NCBI GenBank assembly: GCA_013115125.1
Contig: JABANN010000217.1
Coordinates: forward strand, 1 to 52,246
Origin: Perkinsus olseni
Taxonomy: Eukaryota
DNA length: 52,246 nucleotides
Reading direction: 5' to 3'
Of this stretch, positions 36,401-46,500 are shown in pieces; position 1 is the stretch's first letter, and each line of letters begins with the position of its first letter. Below the pieces are notes generated by a model. The model did no database searches. It worked only from the letters and a program-made list of their open reading frames with translations, and was not told where the DNA came from. The position numbers and the translations under genes are program-made.

Positions 36401-39400
36401 ACCATTCCCGAGATATTCATAGCCGTACCAAAAGGCCGCATCAGCGATCTTCTGTCGGCAATCATCAGCTTCCACGTCCCAGTAGGCTTTCAACTGGGCC
36501 TGCCACTGGAACGCGTCGGGCGTGGTGACACCTTCCTGGGCGAGCTTCTCGGTGATATCTCGGTTATGAGCATCCAGGGTAATCATACACATGACCTTCA
36601 TGCGCTGTGGCTTGTCCAGGGCAGTCTGGGTGAGTCTGATGAGATCTAGAAGAAGATCCGACACGCGCTGCGAAGATTTTTGCACAGCATCTTTGTCCCC
36701 TTCGTTGTAGGCATCGAAGGCTTGCTCGATCATGCGCACCCACATGATCATGTTGACCATAAGGGCACACTGGGCAGCTGTGACTTCCTTCACCCATTCA
36801 CCACGGCCAGAATCTCCAGCCTGACAAAAATGCCCTAGGGGGGATTCGAACCCGGGATCTCAACTAACCTCTTCGCAGTCCAACAGGGCCTTCTTGGCAT
36901 AGTACTTCAACGCTGTGCGGAAGGCCTCTACGCATTTTTCCATATATATTTCCACCTTTCCCTCCAGCGGAGTAGGCTCGGGGAAGGGCACATACCTGAG
37001 TCCGAAAGGTCGCCGGTTCTATCCCTGCACCCTGCACTTACTCAACACCGACACAGGACTCCATACCAACAGCATCGGGCCTCTGATCCTTCCCATTGGG
37101 ATATTCCAACTCGTACGTCTGCACCGCCTGGAAGACCTTCGACAGATGGGGCATGACCTTGGCTGGGGTGTTGCCGTTGGAGAGAATATCGAGGAGATCA
37201 CTCGTGGAGACGAAGTAAAATCGTGGGAAGGCTCGCCGCTTTCCGTCCATGAAGTCATTCAGTGCCTGACAATAGCCAATGATTAGACTGCGATGCATCA
37301 AGTTCAACAACAAGACGTAGCGAAATCGAAGCTCGGCCACCTCAAGTCGGCCAAGCTTCGCGCGCCGCGAAATTCCAAGTAGGCACATACACAGGTGTCC
37401 GGTATGAAAACACAGAGCGATTTGACGTAGTGAAGACGTAGCTCGGCCAATTCAGACCCTCCCAGCGTCGCGCGCCACGAAATTCACAACCACTGCTGAG
37501 ATTTCGATTAAAACAACTCACCTTCTCGCAAAGGTTGAGCTGACTTTGAGCTGTCTCCAGTCTTCCAAAGATGCCATCTTCATTACAGAAGTCTTTACAA
37601 AGCCTCAGCTGCTCTCCCTTCTTTAATATCTCCTTCACGTCCATGTCAATACCAACAAACCGTTCACTCTCATCTGGCAGCTCTTTCTTAACCTCCGCGC
37701 TATGGATGAAAAGATTCTCTAGGAAGCTCCAACTGCGTTGAACCTCGCTGAGTAAAGTCGACACCTCAGCGACATTGGCCAGACTTTTCTGCCAGAATGT
37801 GACCTCGGTCTCGAAGGTGGACAGGAATCTTGAAGCAAACATATTCTGAACTTGGACCTGGTGTTCTTCGAGCATCTCGAAGTTCTCGTCGGAGATCTTC
37901 ATAAGCTGGATATCAGTGTCCTTGTGCTGGACGAAATCATACTCAACGCCAGCCCAAGTCTCAGTGAGCTTAGCGAGCGTCTTCTCCATCTTAGCCTCTT
38001 GCTTAGCCTGGTCGCCTATCTCCTCAACTGCCTCTGAGAACCTGATCAGACACACATTCCGTCACGAGGCCCTCTAGCTTCCTGCATGCCGGTGATTCCA
38101 TGACCTCCAACGTCTAGGCCTCACTCAGTCTCCTCGTGTGTTCCCTAGAGGGCCGTGCCGGGAATTTCACATGCTGGCCCGCATACGCACGTACCGTATG
38201 AGAATCCAGAACAACACGATGGCTGATCGCCCATAAAAATTTTAGGAAATACGCGGAAATTGAGATCAGCATTCTCAAAACTTATACTCTAAAGATAAAA
38301 GATACTGAAGAACGCGAGTGGAGCTAAAGTGGCGATACGCAAAGATTCACAGAAGATATGTAGAAGATATTGATGCAATATTTCAAGTTGAGATACGCAT
38401 GCGGGCCGAACCAACTTCTCGAGTAGCTACGGACTCTACGGTTGATTTCATACTGTCATGATATTTGCCGCTGTGTATCAGAGGCATCCCAGCGCAGGTC
38501 ACCGTGTGCGCGTCCGAGAAGTTCATACCACTCCTCTCACAAATCACACTCACTTGTGTAGCTCCAAATTCCACATGTCTCTCAGCAATATATTGGGAGA
38601 CACTGATATGTTCTTCCCGCAGAGGTCCATGAGAGCCGACCAATGCCTTCCACGCATGGCGGGATCCCGAAGCTCAGCCACCAGAGGGCAGAACGTCGTC
38701 CACTTCCTCATCACGTCCTGACAAAGACACGTCGCACGAAGATGCGTATCGCGCACAGCGAAGAATTCAAGTCGGGTGATGTGAGATTTCTGAGAAGCCG
38801 AGAAAAGAACCTCACCTGCATGCCCAAGAAGGCATCCCTCTTCTTGTCAACCTTAATCTCTTTCAGCTGCTTGAACATCAACTTGATCTCTTCCTCCATC
38901 TACGTGTAGAAAAAGCAAGTCGTAGCAAGATTGCAAGATGCATCCTCACCTGGTCGGGTACTAGTTCCCCCCAGCGCAGGACGAGGAACACCTCTGTGTT
39001 CTGGATCCGAAGGTCCTCAAACTCCCACAGGCTCAACATAAGCGCGACATCTTCCCGCATGGCTGCCATCAGTTTCCTAGAATTTTTCAGCTCCTCAGGG
39101 TATTCGAAATTTTCCGCGATATGTCCCAAATTTTCCATCTCCTTGTCGAACTCGTCCAAATCCGCAGTAACAGCCGCAATTCGCTCCATTGCAAGCTCGA
39201 GGCCCGACTTGTAGAAGTAGTAAGCTTCCTTCCTAAGGCCGGCCTGATACTCTTTGAGGCCGTTCTCGAACTCAGCGATCTTGGCTTTATAAATATCGGA
39301 CTCCTTCTGGACCATCGGCGCTATCTCCTTTTCCTTTTGTTTGCACGCTTGCTTTACAGTAGCTAGGGAGTCCCATGTCTTCTTCAACTGTTTCAATGCC

Positions 39401-42400
39401 TTCTCGTTAGGAAGACCCTCGCGCTGGATAGCCTACAAGATCGAGCGAATATCTTTGCATACTATGGGATAATTCAGAACTAAAGATACTCCACGATTTC
39501 AGCAGTAACTCCTGACCGCCCATCACAGAAAGCAGCAAATCCCTCCCGATTTATTCGTCCGTGATCTAAACGACAATTGCGCGCGAAGACATGACGGTTC
39601 AAATAGTGCAGCGTAGCCTATTGACACTCGAGGTAGGCGGCATTTACCATAGAATGACAATTTCAGTGAGGAAGTAAAACCTCCAACTTACCCCCAAGCT
39701 CTCCAGAATCTCGTCCTGTTTGAGTATCAGATTAGCTTCTTCGTCGTACATCGTCTTGATATAGTTCTTCACCTTAATCAACGCTCTCACATCACCAGCA
39801 TTCAGCTTAGCACTGATGCCAGCATCAGTCGACTTGAGGAACTCCTCCAACTCCTTCACGCTCTTCGTTATGAATCCTGTCATCAGCGGGCCAGCGTACT
39901 CGTTGGCCCTCGGTTTCGCCGTCTCGCAGCAGGTCGCGGTGAATGGGGATCCTCTAATCGGCCTCTCTTTATTGTTCTCATCGACCAGGTTAACCTTTAT
40001 CGTGATATCACCAGCGTCCGCTTTGGCAGTGTAGGTCACTTCATAACGACCGTTATCGAAATCGTGGAAGCATGTGGCCTCGTCGTAGAACTCCTCGCCG
40101 CCTTGCTTGACCGAAATGACGAACTTGTCAGCCCCGGAGGTTCGATTCTCCCCTAGGTTATTTCTCCCTTGTATTATAAATCTATTCACTTTGCCAGCCT
40201 CTCCTTCATTCAGCAAGCCAGGGCCGTAACATAGAGACTTATCAGCAATGGTGTTGAGGAAGTAATCGAAGTGAGTCAAAGTAGTCGTAAAATCTTTCAC
40301 CTGAAGAATTCACTCTTCCGGATTGATCCCAGGCGACACGCGATGGACTGAGCATTCAGACTCTCTCATAAGACTGAGAATTTTGGAAAATATCGCCTCC
40401 ATGTTCGAGAAGCCTCACAGGACGAGCTCACGAACTTCTCTATCCGTAACGTCCCATCTCTCCCGGCCCACTTACCCCTACTGCGAATCGGACGTCGCAC
40501 CTTTTGGGACCTATCGTCTGCACAACAGCCGGAGTGAGGCACTCAATGGTGTTATCATCTATGACTGTGCCTACAGATCGTCACGCAAAAATTCTTCCTC
40601 GACGTGGAGCTGGGGATACGATCCGTGTCGCGCCCCACGAAATTCCCACCAGTCATCTACTATGCTGGTTACTGCAAGGAAGGCCTCAAAAGACAGGGCC
40701 ATCTATTATGCGAAAAAAGTCGACATACCGGAACTGTACAGTTGTGCTGCTTCTCTAATGTCGCTCATTGGCAAGGAGGGGTGACAGAGACTTCTACGCT
40801 ATCCGCGAGTCTCGAAGTGACCCATACGAGCCGTGCACGCATGCACACGAAGTGATCAGCGCATGTGTATAGATTGGAACTTACCAACTGTGTCGGCGAA
40901 GTCCTTAGCCGTGGAGAACCGTACCGTCACTGTCCCCTGAGTACTGGTAGCACCAACACCGCGGATACGGATGAGCTGATTGCCGGTAACCGGACCTGAG
41001 AAGTCGCTGGTTCGATCCCCGGGCTCTCCATTTCTCATTACCGAGAGCTGGTTCCACCTTAATGATCGCGTAAGGCGGCCCTACAATAGAGCTGACGTTG
41101 ATCTGCCAGACGTCATCGAGCCATTTATTGGACCATCCGCCGAAGACTATCAACCTCGACTCATCCGCCTCGTAAACGACCGAGGCGTGCTCCCTGACAA
41201 AAGATACGCTTTTCCGCAGCGGTAAGAATCTACCCACCTCGCTGAAGGCATGAACGTATCCGGCATCTGGCCGAGCGAGTTGGTTTGAAAGTCCTCTTGC
41301 ATTTCACGGAGAGCGGTACCAGGCGGAGCCTCCAAGCTCGGCTCGGACCACCGAAATTTGTCCGCCAAGTCAAGGACACCGATGCGCTGATCGAACGCCC
41401 CAAGGGATCGGCCGCCGCCCTCATTGTCACACGCACCACCGAAGACAAAGACCCTCCAGGAAGGGATAGCGTGGACGAGCTGCAAACTGAAGTTCCATCG
41501 CGGGGAGCTCCAGCCGAGGTCGAGATCGGTCCAGTCTTTGTTCTCAACGTCGAGCATGAAAAGATCGTTAAACTGCTGTTCGTTGTTCCAACCGCCAAAG
41601 ATGTACAAATTACCATCCTTCGCAAAGGCCCCGTGACCAGAGCGAGGAGCAGGGGGATTTCCCTGGCACTGGAGTTCGATCCACCTATCGTTGTCCAGGT
41701 TGAGGACATGCACGTCATTGAAAGGCCGTCTGCTGTAGCCCTGTCCACCATGACCACCAAAGAGAACTATACTGTTCTCCACTAGAGTAGCCGTATGATT
41801 TGCTCTCGGGGCTGGCACGTTCGGCGGCTGCTTCTTCGACTCCTCGTCTTGATTCATGAAGTTGCTGACCAGAGTCACAAGATCCTCATGAAAGGCGTCG
41901 TTCTCGTCCGTCAGCACTCCGTTAGAAGAGTTCTGTCCACCACCGGCAGCCTTCTTCGATTGACCACCACTCGGCATGATCGATTTCTTCGGAGTAATTT
42001 TGTTCTGCAAAATGGACTTCCACGTTTTCCGCCTTCCTCCACCCATGATGCTCTTGTTGCCACCAGCCACAACCTTCGCCGCGGTCCCCGCCAAGTCCGC
42101 GAAGCCGACGATTTTGGACGCCCGACCAGCGAACATCGATGGTCTGCCGAGCCTAGAGCGACCACCACCCGCAGCGTTGTGAACCACCTCTTCAATGAGA
42201 CCAGTGAGCCTGCGGACACCGGCGCTCTTCTTGTCGGTCTGAGAAGCCTTGAAGACGAGCTTCTTCCACTCCATACAGGAAGCGTCGAGTATCCAACCGT
42301 CGTTGAGACACTGGTAAGGCGTGGCACTGTGAATGCCACCGAAGAAAAATATCTCATCGTCAGTCACGCAGGTGGCCGTGTGAAGCGTCCGGCCAGGTGG

Positions 42401-42637
42401 AGAGCTGCTGCTCGGGTCCAACTCGACCATTTGCCACTCGTACTGATACTGAGGATGCAATTTGAGAATGTACAAGTCCGAATTCGGAGCGGGGTTGCCG
42501 AGGTCGTTCCGACGGCCGTCCATGCCGCCGTAGCAGATGAACCCGTGGGGAGTGGCGGTGATCGTGTGACCTGACCGCGGTGACACGCTGGTGCCGCCCG
42601 CGTTCTTCAAGCGCACCCAAGCGTAGGGTTGGGGCAT
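24492..42637 (-). CDS. Axonemal outer-arm dynein heavy chain with N-terminal kelch repeats, IPT and filamin-like domains (Chlamydomonas alpha/ODA11 type), multi-exon
   Basis: Kelch repeats ([30 protein letters not shown] motifs); filamin-like [12 protein letters not shown]1 GPAGTGKT and [12 protein letters not shown]2 [23 protein letters not shown]3 [11 protein letters not shown]4 GVGGSGRQS; stalk [12 protein letters not shown]5 [11 protein letters not shown]6 [12 protein letters not shown]-terminus [13 protein letters not shown]-stop. ATG at 42637. Confidence 0.95.
29262..29286 (+). other. Orphan tRNA 3'-end-like / B-box element in dynein intron 29233-29331 (antisense to host)
   Basis: GCGGG-TTCGATC-CCCGC-ATGCGTC-A-TATT; perfect T-arm; no 5' half. 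Confidence 0.75.
31555..31582 (+). other. Orphan tRNA 3'-end-like / B-box element in dynein intron 31542-31615 (antisense)
   Basis: CCGGG-TTCAATC-CCTGG-TGAGCGC-A-TTT. Confidence 0.75.
36826..36855 (-). other. Orphan tRNA 3'-end-like / B-box element in 48-nt dynein intron 36821-36868 (sense)
   Basis: CCGGG-TTCGAAT-CCCCC-CTAGGGC-A-TTTTT. Confidence 0.7.
41006..41033 (+). other. Orphan tRNA 3'-end-like / B-box element in 46-nt dynein intron 40996-41041 (antisense)
   Basis: GCTGG-TTCGATC-CCCGG-GCTCTCC-A-TTT. Confidence 0.7.
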
Positions 42638-43558
42638 TGAGAAATGTTAAACTGATGAGGACGCTGATGACGTCCACGAGGTGACCATCAACAGATCAAG
42701 TTTAGTTCAGGGAAACCGCTGCCAGGCCTCGAGCAGGCCTGACGGAAATGCGAGTAGATCTATCGGAGTCATGTTACATGACGGGAAGGGAAGGGCCTTC
42801 ACGACCTCCTTTGCTACGCACGATGCCCGGCTGCTATATCTACCCGCTTCAAAACACGAGGAGAACGCCGATTTCGCGCGGAGCGGTAGCAGAGCATCAG
42901 AACAATGGGCGAGCGGTAATCCATTACGCGCGGCTGTAAACTGCGCGCGCCATTATGATCGATTTGTGTTCAACCTTCGATCCATTGATTGGTGGAATTT
43001 TTAGGTGCTCAGCGGAGGTTCTACAGACCATGCAGTGAGCCTGAGCAGCTCCTGATAGATTTTTCAGGAGGACATCTCTTCGCTGACAGCATTTCGGGTA
43101 GTCGATCGCTGACAGACACACCGCACTCGGCCGTCCAATCCGCGTGCTCAATAGACTGCCTCTCCTGAGTTTCAACATCCCTCCGAGGATCGCCTCATGC
43201 ATGTTGAATTAAATCCTGCGAGCTCTCCTAGAGTCAACCCATTGAACAACCCCGGCAATTTGTCATAGGCGACAGCATTTGCAGTCTGGAAGGGAACGTG
43301 CAAAAGTGAGGCCGTCATGCCACGTAGCACGGAAAGGGTCGAGCAGCTTTGATCTAGGTCGCTGTTGCAACTCGGGCAATCTATTAACCTCGCGGACCAA
43401 TCCCCGACACTAGCTGTTCTGGGGGGGTATTTGCCTATCGGGTTTCGGAGGTATCACTCGCTGATTCGTCATAGGTGGCGACTTGAGTGCCGTCATCCGT
43501 GTTTCAATCGCCGAAAACTGTAGTGCTACAGCAGTTCTACGTTAGAATTCAGAGAGAC

Positions 43559-46500
43559 ATGTCTCCTAGTCCTGCCCCGCAGACTTCGACGACTACTACT
43601 ACCAACATCGCCAGGACCATACCCCGCGCTGGACCATGGTCCGGCTCGGGAAGGGGAGCCTGGGGCTCGGATACCATATCGGCCCAGCAGCTTATGGCAG
43701 TAGGCGCTGATGTTAGCGGAGAAAATCTGTAATAGGGCTGGACGGGCACGGGCGGATCAACCGGGCCAATCTCTTGGTCACCGTGAACTTGCTGGAGCGC
43801 ACTTTGAGCGTGGAAAAAGGAATTCCTATTTTGTTCTCTTATACGACGGTTTTTCTGAAAGGATTTTGAAAAATTCTTTTTCTCTTGAGAAAGCTCTTTT
43901 TGCTGGTTTCGTTTGGGAAGTTTGCTGCGAGCATGCTCGTATGCTGTTCGTTTTGCTTTCTGTCGTCAATGACAGCACTGCAGTGACACTACCGTCGAGA
44001 ATTTTTCGTGCTGACTCATCCGTGCCTACTTTCAGGGCAAAATTAATGGCATTTGAGAAGAAGAAGGACGATAAGAGCGCAGCGGTGATGCTGGCTGCTC
44101 TCTCGGACCCGGACCTAGCCGAGCTCAAGATGCGCGCTGTTAACTCCTTGGAGTCAGTCGTGAAGGATACTTCGCAGGTCGGACGGAGACAAGACGCTGG
44201 TTGAGTTGACTGCCGCGTATCCTAGGTTCACGCACGCATGATGAAGCTTGAGGGCAGCATCAAGGCCTTGGCGGCCGAGGCCAAGTCCCAGCAGAAGGAG
44301 CATGAGCAACCTGGGCGGACTGCCTCGAGGGGAGCTAGTGCTCATCCTAGCACCAAGAGGTGAGATTCACACTGGAGTAATGGTAGTAGTGAATGGACTA
44401 GGCTCATAGGGGAACTTTCACAGGAGAGACCCGAACCCGAACTTTTCTCCAACCCCAGTGTCCCGGTGTCACTTCACGGAAAGCCGATTTGTTCTCAAGA
44501 AAAGTGGCCTCATCCTCGAGGAATGACGCTATGGGATCAGTAACCGTACTGATGCGTCCGGTCTCCGTTTCACGTATACGAGACTTGTTCTTCTAAGGTT
44601 CGGAATAAATGAACCGCGGTTATATTTCTGTCTTTTCTGTGCGCTTTTTCGTCCGCTGCAATTGAGTACGGTGTACTTTTTTCCCTTCAGTCCACTTGGA
44701 TACCAATTCGCGCGCTTGTGTCGCACTGGTAGGTCTAGCAATGAATTCCCTGGCTCCATTCGAGATCAAAGTTTTCGCCCAACCCCGTGTGCTTCAACTA
44801 GCCCAGTGACGGTAGCTGTCGACAAATTCGACTACCATGCAGTCGCAAGCTCTACCGGGCTTATCCCGCTCTTGCCGCATTTTGTTGTTTTTCCATCAGA
44901 AGTGCCAGTCGCTCCATCGGCCCCAGCATTGGGAGCAAGCTCAAGGACCTTCAGTTGGAATTCTCCAAGCTGGGCAACAAGAAAGGTAATGATGCTACTC
45001 TCGGCAATTCTTGGCAATCTTGCTGTTTCCCAACGCTCAGCTGACTGTATCGCTCACACTCGAGCTCTCGAAATCGCGAAGAAGACGGTGGAGGACGAGG
45101 TGAGATCTTCGTAGCTTCGCTCCGCTAAGGAGATGTTTTTTCAGCTGGACTGCCGGGATACCTGTACAGCATTGAAGCTGCCACGTACACGATATGAGGA
45201 GATGAGACTTGCCATCCCGGCGGAGAAGGTTCAGCGATCTCGAGGTGAGGTTCGATGTAAATTAGGATATTTCAAGCGGAGCGATGCAACAGTTGAGATT
45301 ACAACGCGAGAAGAATGGTAGCGACTAGATTGTAGTTTCTCTTTACTCTACCGTCCCTTAGTGACCTCTCGCTGGAATCTTTCCGGTGCGGGTGCGTGTC
45401 GTCGTGATCAACTGCTTCATCACGAACCGATTGACAATGCGTGCAAGTTGCGCAAAATGTTCTATTCAATAGTGAAAGACTAAAGCAAATTTGCACAAGA
45501 CTGTGAATTTCTGGATTCACGCTGGTCGACGATATTTCTCCCTCAGGCCGGAACGGCGCGAATTTCCGACGCTTAGCGAACCAGTTTGGGGTGTTGGTCG
45601 ACGAGGTCGAGCAGCAAGCGCAGTACTCCCAGAGTGATGCCACTGGGGGAAGTGGGGATGAGGACGGGCCACTCACCGTGAAGATAAGGGGAGAGCAGAA
45701 GCGCGTGTCTGAGTGCTATGCTGAGCTCAAGCATGAAGTTTGTGAAGAGGTACTAGGTTTAGGGATCGGAAGGTTGTGCGATCGAATCCTGGAGAGGGTA
45801 CTTTTCTAACTTGCCGCCTTTTGCAGTGTCTGGGCGGTGTAGACTACACATAGTGAAGAGGTTCGCTCGATGGTCAGCGCATCGTGCTGATACTCCTCAA
45901 TACTCCTGTCATCCGTGCTTGATCATGGCGCCAGTCGGACGCAATCAACGCGCTTTTCTACGTGCGGGTCTATCCGACCATTTCTGGACCCTCGTTCCAT
46001 TTTGATCGTGGAGTTATCACGGTGGTTGATGTCTTGATTCAATCAACCCGCTCGGGATTCCCGACAGAAATGTGACAGGGGATGTCCATTGAGTTGATTG
46101 TGAAAATTAGGATCGACTAAGGAATCGCATTTTACGTGTGAAGATCATTTTTAGCTGAGGAGGGCTGAGTCAGGCTGCATCCCCAGCCGTAAAGCTTTTC
46201 ATACCGAAAGGACTCCTTCAGTCTGCTAGACGATGCGGCAGTGGACTATCAGATACGATACTACCGCGAGCTGGACAACTCCCAGCTGCAGGCGATGGCC
46301 TTCTTCGCCAAGTACATCGAGAAGGAGATGGAGGAGCGGTATAGCTGGATTAGCTGCCGGCTGGTTGTTATGTTCAAAGAGAAGCAGGTAGTATTGGGTG
46401 CTTCGCTCCGCTAGAGTTACCAAATTCTCGTAGGTATTGATGAAGCTGGCGGACATGGGATCTGAGGAGAAGCAACAGCAGCAGCAGTCGAGCGGGAGAT

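Noticed and set aside
41795-42574. Long + strand ORFs opposite dynein (also 33922-34530, 36053-36649, 26099-26671)
   Set aside because: Antisense shadows of dynein exons with no protein-like features
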